64,000 nt of DNA, from the NCBI GenBank assembly GCA_963674595.2, contig CAXXFV010000023.1:32001-96000 (forward strand), in the 5' to 3' direction. The notes below the pieces were generated by a model that was given only the letters and a program-made list of their open reading frames with translations, searched no databases and was not told the DNA's origin. This document shows positions 39,413 to 48,833 of the stretch, one piece after another; position 1 is the first letter of the stretch, and every line of letters starts with the position of its first letter. The DNA comes from a bacterium (GTDB lineage Bacteria; Zhuqueibacterota; Zhuqueibacteria; Residuimicrobiales; Krinioviventaceae). The translations under genes were made by a program, and so were the position numbers.

Positions 39413-40869
39413 ATGATAAGGTTGATTTTAAAAATGAGATAAAAAATATTGTTGCCGGTCCCAAATTTGTCATGACGTTTATAATTTCTACATTACTGGT
39501 CATGCTGAGTGTATATTTGGGCATTTTGAATTATCAGGCGCATCTGGAATCCTATTATGCCGGGGAGCAGTTGGTTAAACAGGAACAGAACAACCAGATG
39601 TCCTGGGCGCAATTTGATACCAAGGTTTATCGAAAACCGGAGCCCATGCAAATATTTGTGTCCGGTGTCAGCAACGATATCGGTCGTTATACCCATATTT
39701 TGGCATCACCTGTCAAACTGGTACACAGCATCTATAGCGATAATCCGATTTTTGCCGCATTTCGGCTGCTGGATTTCCAAACAGTTGTTATGGTCATTTT
39801 ACCTTTGCTGGCTATTTTATTTACTTTTGATGCCGTAAACCGTGAAAAAGAAAACGGTGTGCTGGCACTGGTGTTTTCAAATGCTGTTCCCCGAAATAAA
39901 TATATTTTGGGGAAATTTATCGCGATCTGGACAGGACTGGTAACACCTGTTTTACTGGCTGTTTTATTGGGTTTTCTTTTTGTACTGATGTTCGGAATAG
40001 CGTTGACCGGTCGGGAATGGTTATTTCTTTTTGTCATGTTGATGGTTTCGCTGGTGTATTTTTCATTTTTTATTGCCTTTGGTGTTTTTATCTCCACATT
40101 GACAACCCGTTCCGCCGGTTCTTTTTTAATATTAATTGCCGGGTGGATTATTATGGTATTTTTTATACCTCGGCTCGGCATTATGTTGTCTTATCAAGTT
40201 TATCCTGTGCCGTCAGTTGAAGAAACCGAGGCAAATATTCAGGGCTATGCCAACCTGGAATGGGCCAAATTTGCAAAACAACTGGAAGGCCTGTGGCAGG
40301 AACGTAATCGTGCCCAAATTGATATGACGGAACAACAAAAACAGGATTTTCAGAATGAATCCATGTGGCTGTGGATACAGCAGGAGGATTCCATGAGAAA
40401 AGCTGTGCTTGAGGATATAGATAAATTTACGGACAAGAGCCATCAACAGATCAGGAACCGGCAGACACAGCAGGAGGATCTGGCCTTGAACTTTTTTAAA
40501 TTATCGCCCGCCTCTTTGCTGCATACGGTGCTTTTGAATATTGCCGAGACGGACATTCATTTAAAAGCACGGTATGAAACAGATGCAGAACAGTATAAAA
40601 ATGTATTGTCCGATTATGTTGTGAAAAAAGAAAAATCCGAAGGAAATATCGGCGGAATACGTGTTACTTTTGGTCCAGCCGGTTTGAAAATTGATACGGG
40701 TCGTCAGGCGCAGTTAAACACAAGTGATATGCCGGTTTTTGAAAAATCCTGCTTGTCTTTTGGAACGCTGTTTCTTTCTTCGTTAAACTCTATCATGCTG
40801 TTGCTGTTTTATACGGTTATTTGCCTTGCAGGCGCTTTTGTGGCCTTTACACGGTATGATGTGCGGTAA
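39413..40869 (+). CDS. Second ABC-2 type permease; true start probably 39413 with a 1-nt indel at 39426-39434
   Basis: REKENGVL..VFSNAVPR..YILGK; FTRYDVR. Adding one T gives MIRLIFKNEIKNIVAGPKFVMTF, which parallels the first permease's MIKTIMKKELLEIIGSRKFLVTF. Confidence 0.85.
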
Positions 40870-40919
40870 GGTTTTTGAACGTTATATATCCTGGTTTTTT
40901 ATTCGGTACTCTTTTTCCT

Positions 40920-41140
40920 GTCATGTCTGTTTCGCGGGAATGACAAAGTTGGCGAATTAACGCAAATCCTGCTGAAACATAAAATAATCTGCTCATTGGG
41001 ATCAATGGTTTTAAATCTGCTTTGTTTTTTTGTCATGCCTGTGAAAACAGGCATCCAGTGTGAAAAGTCTATTCTGGATTCCCGTTTTCGCGTGAATGAC
41101 AAGATTAGCGAATTATTACAAACCCTGCTGAAACAAAAAA
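40920..41140. repeat. Two tandem copies of a GTCAT...ATGAC palindromic miniature element
   Basis: 41032-41100 GTCATGCCTGTGAAAACAGGCATCCAG...CTGGATTCCCGTTTTCGCGTGAATGAC; internally deleted copy at 40920-40944; both followed by a shared tail (GCGAATTA...CAAA.CCTGCTGAAACA.AAAA). Confidence 0.8.
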
Positions 41141-41200
41141 CCGATTCATTAAATTTAAAACCCGCCTGTTAACGATATACTAAAAGTAACATTAAAAATC

Positions 41201-41229
41201 TTGCTTCAAAACGGCAAAATAGCTATTAT
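41201..41229 (+). promoter_or_regulatory. Candidate sigma70 promoter
   Basis: TTGCTT-17 bp-TATTAT, 30 bp upstream of 41259. Confidence 0.45.
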
Positions 41230-41258
41230 ATGAAAAAATCGAAATCAAAGAATGAATC

Positions 41259-41657
41259 ATGAATGAATTAGCTCAGCGCAAGTGGACGATTTTAGCGATT
41301 ATTGCCATTGTTCCCATTGGATTTTTTGCCAAATTTTATACCGGTCCTGCCTGGTTTTGGGTGAACAACTCTTTTAGCGGTGTGTTTTACGAACTGTTTT
41401 GGTGCTTTGTCGGTTTTTTGTTCTTTCCAAAGTCGAGGCCGTTCATTATTGCATTGACGGTTTTAATTATCACCTGTCTCTTAGAGTTTATGCAACTGTG
41501 GCACCCTCCGTTTTTGGAGATCATCCGTCAGACCTTTTTAGGCCGCACTCTTTTGGGTACTTCATTCACCTGGTCTGATTTTCCTTATTATTTTATCGGC
41601 TGCGGTCTTGGATGGTTTTTGATTGCCTGGCTTAAAAAACTGGAAAACAATCATTAA
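41259..41657 (+). CDS. DUF2809-like membrane protein
   Basis: LEFMQLWH.PFL..IR.T..GR.LLG.SF.W.D..YY.IG pattern. Confidence 0.78.
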   Translation: MNELAQRKWTILAIIAIVPIGFFAKFYTGPAWFWVNNSFSGVFYELFWCFVGFLFFPKSRPFIIALTVLIITCLLEFMQLWHPPFLEIIRQTFLGRTLLGTSFTWSDFPYYFIGCGLGWFLIAWLKKLENNH

Positions 41658-41678
41658 AATTTTTCAAAATTTTTAGTT

Positions 41679-42605
41679 ATGACAGAACATGAAACAGATT
41701 TCGAGTTGAACAATGATTTTGCCGGATTCAAGCAAAAAATAAGGTCCATATACCCGAAACTGTACCTGGGGACGTGCAGTTGGAAATATGATTCCTGGAA
41801 GAATGTGCTTTATTCGAATAATGTGATGAACCATCTTGAGGAATACAGCCAATATTTTAACAGTGTTGAAATTGATCAATGGTTCTGGTCACTGCATGGT
41901 GCCGATAAAGTGTCGTTACCAGATATAAAAACTGCCCGTGAATATGCCGCATCGGTTTCCGGTGATTTTAAATTTAGCGTCAAAGTACCGAACAGTATAA
42001 CGCTGACCCATTTTTACAATCGTAATAAAAACGAACCTTTGGTTGAAAATCCTCATTTTTTATCCAATGATCTGTTCTCCCGGTTTTTGGAAAACATCTC
42101 ACCGTTGGCAGACCGGCTCGGCCCGATCATGTTCCAGTTTGAATATTTGAACAAGCAGAAAATGGTTTCTCAACAGCATTTTCTACAGCAGTTTGCTTTG
42201 TTTATTAAAAAATGCCCCTCTGAATTGCAATATGGCGTTGAGATAAGAAATCCGAATTATCTGAACGTATCTTATTTTAAGTTTTTAAGAGAGTTTAATT
42301 TAACACATGTCTTTTTGCAGGGTTATTACATGCCTTCCATTTTTCCGGTATTAATAAGTTTTTCTCATTTACTCAAGGATTGTGTTGTTATTCGTCTTCA
42401 CGGGCCGGACCGCAAGGGGATAGAAAGTGAAAGCCGGGGAGACTGGAACCGAATCCTGCAATCCAAAGATACTGAAATTCATGAACTGACATCTATACTT
42501 GAATCGTTATTTAAAAAACAGCATGAAATTTACATCAATGTCAACAATCATTATGAAGGGTCTGCGCCCCTTACGGCCAAAAGAATTTTAGATGGTTTGG
42601 ACTGA
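41679..42605 (+). CDS. DUF72 (YecE-like) protein
   Basis: GTCSWKY..W, YF.SVEID, FSVKVP..ITH-like, QF, VEIRN, IRLHG, NNHYEG.AP. Confidence 0.88.
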   Translation: MTEHETDFELNNDFAGFKQKIRSIYPKLYLGTCSWKYDSWKNVLYSNNVMNHLEEYSQYFNSVEIDQWFWSLHGADKVSLPDIKTAREYAASVSGDFKFSVKVPNSITLTHFYNRNKNEPLVENPHFLSNDLFSRFLENISPLADRLGPIMFQFEYLNKQKMVSQQHFLQQFALFIKKCPSELQYGVEIRNPNYLNVSYFKFLREFNLTHVFLQGYYMPSIFPVLISFSHLLKDCVVIRLHGPDRKGIESESRGDWNRILQSKDTEIHELTSILESLFKKQHEIYINVNNHYEGSAPLTAKRILDGLD

Positions 42606-42694
42606 TTGTATATTTGTTGTTGTTTTTAATTTGAAAATCCCATACAATATATTATCAAACTTAACTGTTCTGGTGGTCAATTGGGAGAAACAAA

Positions 42695-44959
42695 ATGAGA
42701 TCAATGCATAAAGGCGAGTTGTCTTCACTTACAGATGATTTTGTGCCTGCAGAATTTTTACATGAATCGAATGATCCCTATTTTTTAAGAAATTCCATTA
42801 CAAATCCGGATCGGTTTCGTGATCTAAAGGCGGACGAAATCGAGACGTTGGTCAAAAATATGAACACAGCACAGAACTGGAATAAAATTCAGGTTACTGA
42901 TAATTTTAATCCTGCTCTTGTCAGGTCCTGTGAATTTTTGGGGATGGTCCGAATTGGTGATTTGGAAGAAAATTTTTTGGAATATCATGATATCCGTTTA
43001 CCGGTCGGTCTATCAAATTGTGTTATAGAATCCTGCGATATTGGTAATAATGTGGTTTTGCGAAATATCGCCTACATTGCCCATTACATCATTAAAGACG
43101 AATGTATTTTATTTAATATCGATGAGATGATAACAACCAATCACGCTAAATTTGGTGTTGGAGTTGTGAAAGACGGTGAACCGGAAAGTGTGCGTATATG
43201 GCTGGAATTGGGTAATGAAAACGGCGGACGTGCTGTTTTGCCCTTTTCCGGGATGCTTTCGGCAGACGCCTATTTGTGGTCAAAATTTCGCGGTAACACC
43301 ACATTAATGGAGCGCCTGAAAGAGCTAACGGAAAAAACGAGCGACACTCAACGCGGATATTACGGGTGCGTTGAAAACCGCTCTGTTATTAAAAATTCAA
43401 GAATTATCAAGGATGTAAATATTGGGTCAGATGCCTATATCAAGGGGGCCAATAAGCTTAAAAATTTGACAATTTTATCTTCCGGCAAGGAACCTACCCA
43501 GATCGGGGAGGGAGTTGAACTTGTAAACGGTATTGTCGGTTATGGCGCCAGAGTTTTTTATGGATGCAAAGGTGTTCGTTTCATAATGGACAGAAATACC
43601 CAGTTGAAATATGGCGCCCGGTTAATAAATTCCTATCTCGGTGCAAATTCAACCGTTTCCTGCTGTGAAATTTTGAATAATCTTATTTTTCCTTTTCACG
43701 AGCAGCATCATAATAACTCTTTTCTGATTGCCACCACAGTCATGGGACAGAGCAATATCGCTGCCAGCGCGACCATCGGCAGTAATCATAATTCACGGTC
43801 CCCGGATGGTGAAATAACAGCCGGACGTGGATTTTGGCCGGGGCTGTGCAGTAATTTTAAACATAACAGCCGGTTTGCCTCTTTTGTTCTTGTTTCCAAA
43901 GGTAATTATCGGTATGAGCTGAATATTAAAATTCCATTTTCATTAGTCAGTCAAAATATTCCGGAGGATCGTTTACAGGTTATGCCGGCCTATTGGTTTT
44001 TGTACAATATGTATGCTATTGCCCGCAATGACTGGAAATTTGCCAAACGCGACAAAAGGGCTGTTAAAGAGCAGAACATTGAGATGAATGTTCTGGCCCC
44101 GGACACGGTTGAGGAAATGTTTTCTGCTATTGATCTATTATTACCGGCAATCGGTCATGGAATTGTTCAGTATAAAGGAAATAAAGTTGATGAAAATATT
44201 CCTGAAAAAGAATTGACGGAAATTGCCAATGATTTTTTAAATACATATCAGGGTGATGAACAACTCAAAAGAATTGAAAATAAAATCAAGGTACATCTGG
44301 ACGGATTTGAAAATTCCAGAAAATATACAGAAATCCTAAAACCAATCAGCGGTGTTTTAGCGTACAAGGACATGATTTTATATTATGCTATGACCACGTT
44401 GCTGGAATTTTTGCAAAATGAACAAAATCAAACCCTGTTGAATAAAGTATCCGGATTGTCGGACCTTTCGGATTTATTTACAAATCCGTTTGATAAACAC
44501 TGGTGGAATTTAGGCGGTCAGCTTGTTTATCAGGATGATCTTGACGAGTTGATAGGAGACATTAATTCCAAAAAACTGGATTCATGGCAGGATATTCATC
44601 AGCGTTACCATGCTTTGTGGAAAATTTATCCTTTCCAAAAAGCTAGTCATGCCTGTTTTTCTTTACAGCGGGTGCTTGGTAAATCTTTGACGGAACTAGC
44701 GAATAAAGATTGGGTTGATTTGTTTCAGAAAACCCTGGATATTCAAATAGAAATCGAAAACAGAACGCGCAAATCAAGGGAAAAAGATTTTATAAATGAT
44801 TTTCGTAAAATGGTATACGAAAATGATGAGGAAATGAAAGCTGTAATCGGTAATCCTGATGATGATGGTTTTTTAGAGGTGATGCGGGATAAAACAGTTG
44901 CCTTGAAAAACAATATCGATGTTGTCGTCAACCAGTATTATCGTAAAAAGAGGGAGTAA
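42695..44959 (+). CDS. DUF4954 family protein (left-handed beta-helix-like repeats)
   Basis: NENGGR.VLPF, IKGANKLKN, QIGEGVELVNG, CCEILNNLIFPFHEQHHNNSFL, TIGSNHNSR..DGEI.AGRGFWPG, MPAYWF.YNMYA. Confidence 0.82.
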   Translation: MRSMHKGELSSLTDDFVPAEFLHESNDPYFLRNSITNPDRFRDLKADEIETLVKNMNTAQNWNKIQVTDNFNPALVRSCEFLGMVRIGDLEENFLEYHDIRLPVGLSNCVIESCDIGNNVVLRNIAYIAHYIIKDECILFNIDEMITTNHAKFGVGVVKDGEPESVRIWLELGNENGGRAVLPFSGMLSADAYLWSKFRGNTTLMERLKELTEKTSDTQRGYYGCVENRSVIKNSRIIKDVNIGSDAYIKGANKLKNLTILSSGKEPTQIGEGVELVNGIVGYGARVFYGCKGVRFIMDRNTQLKYGARLINSYLGANSTVSCCEILNNLIFPFHEQHHNNSFLIATTVMGQSNIAASATIGSNHNSRSPDGEITAGRGFWPGLCSNFKHNSRFASFVLVSKGNYRYELNIKIPFSLVSQNIPEDRLQVMPAYWFLYNMYAIARNDWKFAKRDKRAVKEQNIEMNVLAPDTVEEMFSAIDLLLPAIGHGIVQYKGNKVDENIPEKELTEIANDFLNTYQGDEQLKRIENKIKVHLDGFENSRKYTEILKPISGVLAYKDMILYYAMTTLLEFLQNEQNQTLLNKVSGLSDLSDLFTNPFDKHWWNLGGQLVYQDDLDELIGDINSKKLDSWQDIHQRYHALWKIYPFQKASHACFSLQRVLGKSLTELANKDWVDLFQKTLDIQIEIENRTRKSREKDFINDFRKMVYENDEEMKAVIGNPDDDGFLEVMRDKTVALKNNIDVVVNQYYRKKRE

Positions 44960-44966
44960 CAAGTGA

Positions 44967-45770
44967 ATGAAAATCTATATAACGCCGAACTATGATGTGA
45001 TGAGTAAAGCGGCCGCTCGTATTATTGCTGATTTGGTCAATAATAAAGCTAATGCTGTTCTCGGGCTGGCAACAGGAGGAACGCCAATCGGTACTTATCA
45101 GGAATTGATACGGATGCATGAACAGGAAAATCTTGATTTTTCCCAAATTGTCACCTTTAATCTGGACGAATATTTGGGCATCGGTTTGGAACCGGAAAAG
45201 AATTATCATCAGGACCAAAGTTATGGCCGGTTTATGTATGAAGAGTTATTCAAACATATCAATATTTCCCCCGAAAAGTGCCATATTCCGGACGGTAAAA
45301 CTGAAAATCCTGAAAAACATTGTTTGGAATATGAAGGCAGTATTAAAAAGGCAGGCGGTATTGACCTGCAATTGCTGGGTATCGGTGGTGACGGACACCT
45401 GGCGTTTAATGAACCGGGTTCTTCTTTATATTCGCGCACACGGATTGTTGATCTGCATGCCCGGACAATTGAAGACAACTGGCACAGCTTTTTTAAAAAT
45501 AGCGGGTTTGTAAAAACGGACATGCCCCGTCAAGCGTTGACGATGGGCGTGGGGACTATACTGGAATCCCGGCACGCTGTAATGCTTGCCTCGGGAAAAC
45601 AAAAAGCTGAAATAATCGCCAGGGCATTGGAAGGACCTGTAACATCACAAGTTACCGCTACTGCCCTGCAACTGCATCCCGGAAAAGTCACCGTCATACT
45701 GGACAAAGAAGCCGCTTCTGAACTTGTAAACAGGCAGATTTGTTATGAAATAGATGATATAGATTCTTAA
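44967..45770 (+). CDS. nagB: Glucosamine-6-phosphate deaminase
   Basis: LGLATGGTP, FNLDEY, LLGIGGDGHLAFNEPG, ALTMGVGTI, EGPVT...ALQLH. Confidence 0.93.
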   Translation: MKIYITPNYDVMSKAAARIIADLVNNKANAVLGLATGGTPIGTYQELIRMHEQENLDFSQIVTFNLDEYLGIGLEPEKNYHQDQSYGRFMYEELFKHINISPEKCHIPDGKTENPEKHCLEYEGSIKKAGGIDLQLLGIGGDGHLAFNEPGSSLYSRTRIVDLHARTIEDNWHSFFKNSGFVKTDMPRQALTMGVGTILESRHAVMLASGKQKAEIIARALEGPVTSQVTATALQLHPGKVTVILDKEAASELVNRQICYEIDDIDS

Positions 45771-45791
45771 TATTTTATATTTTATTATTAA

Positions 45792-48215
45792 TTGGAGGAA
45801 TGTGTGAAAATCAAATCCCTTATAACAACCATTTTAATTCTGGTTCCCTTTTGTCTTTCCCATGCAGATGATTTGTCGCAGTGGACCAATCATCTTATTC
45901 CCTTACCGAAAGAAATAACGATAACAGGTGAAACAAGCATTGCATCCGACAGCATTATGCTGGTCCTTCCTGAAACAAAAGATATTCTCATTCAAGCGGC
46001 TGTTAAGGAATTGGGAATTTCATCCGCTAATAAAAGTCCTTTTACGATTCAGTTATGTTTGACGAGTGAAAAAAAAGTTTCAAAAAAGGTAAAAAAATCA
46101 TTGGCCAAGGTCGCTAATTCTGAACAAGCTTATGCCATTCAGCCGATTGAAAAAGATGGTGAATTTATTGGATTGCAATTTATAGCCAATTCACCGATTG
46201 GGCTGCTTTACGCCGTCCGGACTTTTGTACAGTTGGTGCCGGTAAATGAAACCTTTTGGGAGATTCCTCAGGTAACTGTTTTGGACTGGCCGGACCTGTC
46301 CGAACGCGGAGAATGGGGCTGGAATTTGCCTCATGACAAATTTGGACTGGCTGCGTTGAAAATGAATGAAGTGGAAATGCATTCCCGTTTGGGATTTTTT
46401 GAGGACGGGCAACCCCGAGCCCGGTTTGATGAAGACATGCTGCGAGAAGCGCATCAAATTGGTATTCAGATTGTTCCTGTAATCAGTCACATGGAGCAAT
46501 TGGCAAAAACAGGATTGTTCAAATATTATCCGGAATTGGCGGCTGTGCCGGAGCCCGGAAAACCGTTACCAACGGATTATCAGCCGGCATTGTGTTTTTC
46601 TCATCCCAATGCCGTACCTGTTATCGCTGCCTGGATGCGTCAATTACTTTCCTATGACCGGGTCAATGATATCAATGTCTGGCTTGCGGAACTTGACGCT
46701 CCCTGTTATTGTGATCGCTGTAAAGGCGGTGAACCTTTTGAAATGCAAACCCGGGGTATTGTTAAAGCATTTCGTGAAGTGAAAAAAGAGTTTCCAAATG
46801 CACACATGCGTTTGCTGCTCACTCAGGCCAGTTATAAAGTGAATGACAAAATTTTGTCTGCAATAGATCCGGACACCCGAATAACATATTATCATGGTCA
46901 TAAAACCTATGACAGCTCACGTGATCCCATGATCTATCCTTTACTGGAAGATTTTTCACGATCAGGCGGATGGCTGGGCGTTTATCCGCAATTGACAAAT
47001 TCCTGGCGTACGGTTTTTCCCTTTACAGGACCGCAGTTTATTCAGGCCAGAATGCAGGAATTTGTGGATAAAAAGCTGCAAAGCTTTAGCGGATATGCCA
47101 CACCGGCCAACTGGTATTATGATTTTAATATTGCCGCTTCCGCCGAATGGAGCTGGAACAGTCACGGGCGTTCTGTTCATGAATTTGCAGCCGCCTATGC
47201 TACACTTATCGGGCTGGAGAATCCTCAGGCCTTTGCCGACTGGGCAGAGCTGATTGGTGATATCGGCTGGAACCTGGCTGAAAGCCGGGTTGTGGAAAGT
47301 TTTATTTTTAATGCCGGAAATGCCGTTTTTATCGATGGTGTTATTACCGACGGTACATTATATTCAAAGGAAAATCCTATAACATTCGGAAAAGGAATCC
47401 TAAGGTCCTATCCGGATATGAACGCGCTGGACAATGATGTTTTACGGGCCCAAAAAGCTTTAACTATGGCAGAACAGGCCGCTGAACCTTTGATGATAGA
47501 TGAGTCCATGTGCGTGTTGGGGACATTAAACTATGTAAAATCTTATAAAATTTGTGCCGATTTGCTGAATACTCCGGATGTTGAAAAAAGCCAATTTAAT
47601 AATGCATTAAACCGGCTTGATAAAGATGCAATGTATTTAACAGTTGTAATGAATCAGTGGGGTGCACGACAATATCCTGCAGAGCGGAATTTTGTACATT
47701 ATCGGCTGAGAGATTCAATTGATTTTGCGGCCAACAACAGTGAAATGATCAGACAGGCTGCGCTCAAGATTCTGCCCGACGACCCCTATGAAGAGTATCG
47801 TTTTCAGCAGGTTTCCGAATGGACGACCAGTGATTTTGATACGACTGATAAAGCTGTTTTTTGGATGGATATCACGGACTATCTGGGGCGATGTGGTGAA
47901 TACGATGTTCGGTTTATGTTTGAAGAGGGAACATCCGGTGTTTATACGAACAGCGTCACCCTGTTAATGGGGCCATCCAAAGAATCGGCGAATCCCATAG
48001 ATTTGGACAAGTGGGAAGCAAAATTAAGCCGTTATGGCCGTTATATTGAATACTGGATAACCGTACCTGAAATGCCTAAAAAATTATCTACCATCAAAGA
48101 CAGATATTTTATCAAGGCAGAAATTACCGGTCCAAAAATGGAACTACCGGCAGAACGACGGCAAACAAACGGTAAGATTTTTATCCGCAAATCCTGGCGG
48201 GATGCGGTGTTATAA
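45792..48215 (+). CDS. Secreted GH20-domain-2-containing glycoside-hydrolase-like protein
   Basis: Signal peptide; LIPLPKE, EQAYAI, GLLYAVRT..Q, DWPDL.ERG; barrel with WLAE...CYCDRC rather than the GH20 DE pair. Confidence 0.6.
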   Translation: MEECVKIKSLITTILILVPFCLSHADDLSQWTNHLIPLPKEITITGETSIASDSIMLVLPETKDILIQAAVKELGISSANKSPFTIQLCLTSEKKVSKKVKKSLAKVANSEQAYAIQPIEKDGEFIGLQFIANSPIGLLYAVRTFVQLVPVNETFWEIPQVTVLDWPDLSERGEWGWNLPHDKFGLAALKMNEVEMHSRLGFFEDGQPRARFDEDMLREAHQIGIQIVPVISHMEQLAKTGLFKYYPELAAVPEPGKPLPTDYQPALCFSHPNAVPVIAAWMRQLLSYDRVNDINVWLAELDAPCYCDRCKGGEPFEMQTRGIVKAFREVKKEFPNAHMRLLLTQASYKVNDKILSAIDPDTRITYYHGHKTYDSSRDPMIYPLLEDFSRSGGWLGVYPQLTNSWRTVFPFTGPQFIQARMQEFVDKKLQSFSGYATPANWYYDFNIAASAEWSWNSHGRSVHEFAAAYATLIGLENPQAFADWAELIGDIGWNLAESRVVESFIFNAGNAVFIDGVITDGTLYSKENPITFGKGILRSYPDMNALDNDVLRAQKALTMAEQAAEPLMIDESMCVLGTLNYVKSYKICADLLNTPDVEKSQFNNALNRLDKDAMYLTVVMNQWGARQYPAERNFVHYRLRDSIDFAANNSEMIRQAALKILPDDPYEEYRFQQVSEWTTSDFDTTDKAVFWMDITDYLGRCGEYDVRFMFEEGTSGVYTNSVTLLMGPSKESANPIDLDKWEAKLSRYGRYIEYWITVPEMPKKLSTIKDRYFIKAEITGPKMELPAERRQTNGKIFIRKSWRDAVL

Positions 48216-48220
48216 TTTGA

Positions 48221-48254
48221 ATAAAAAAAGGAGGCAATCGCCTCCTTTTTTTAT
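48221..48254. terminator. Bidirectional intrinsic terminator
   Basis: AAAAAAAGGAGGC-AATC-GCCTCCTTTTTTT between convergent genes. Confidence 0.88.
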
Positions 48255-48790
48255 TTTAAATGTTTCCCGGATTCGATATAGGGTTTGAATCGATCAACCA
48301 AAAAATGGCGCCAAACTTTATCAACAATCTCTTTTGTGCCTTTAGCAATTTCCCCGGAAGCATGTACATCAAGTTGCAGTCGTGTAGAATCTTTTTCTAC
48401 AGGTGTAAATGTATAGGTACACACCATTTGCAATGCCTTGCCCGAAAAACCCAGGGGACCGTCAAAGCGTAATATTTTGCCCCTGTGTGCCAGAATCACC
48501 GTAGCATGTTTGGCCCCGTTGCCGCTTTCATTAAATATTTCATAAAAACCACCGCCGGGTTTCGGTTCAATGTATAATTTTAACGGCTTTTCAGAAAACG
48601 AATGGTCCCACCATTCGGAAATGTCGCCGGTTATGGCGTCGTAAATTGTTTCCGGTGTTCCGGGGAGGATCAATTTTTGTTCAAAAGAAAACGTGCTGTA
48701 ATTTGAACCCTCTCCCTGCGTTGATTCTTTCTCACAGTGACAGAACAACACCAAAACCAGTAACAGGCTGGAAATTTTATATATGTTCAT
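48251..48790 (-). CDS. SRPBCC/AHSA1-like exported protein (possible lipoprotein)
   Basis: Likely start 48790 after AGAGG; LFCHC leader; PETIYDAIT..ISEWW, EPKPGGGFYE, LRFDGPLG, terminal W..FL helix. Confidence 0.7.
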   Translation of the reverse strand: MNIYKISSLLLVLVLFCHCEKESTQGEGSNYSTFSFEQKLILPGTPETIYDAITGDISEWWDHSFSEKPLKLYIEPKPGGGFYEIFNESGNGAKHATVILAHRGKILRFDGPLGFSGKALQMVCTYTFTPVEKDSTRLQLDVHASGEIAKGTKEIVDKVWRHFLVDRFKPYIESGKHLK

Positions 48791-48833
48791 AACTGCCTCT
48801 AATAAAAGTGTAATTAGTGAAAAAAAAGTTTGT

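Noticed and set aside
40899-41102. 67-aa minus-strand ORF
   Set aside because: It is the translation of the palindromic element (SFTRKRES...WMPVFTGMT), a typical spurious ORF.
40920-41140. Possible CRISPR mini-array
   Set aside because: Only two unequal, degenerate units, no regular spacers, no cas genes.
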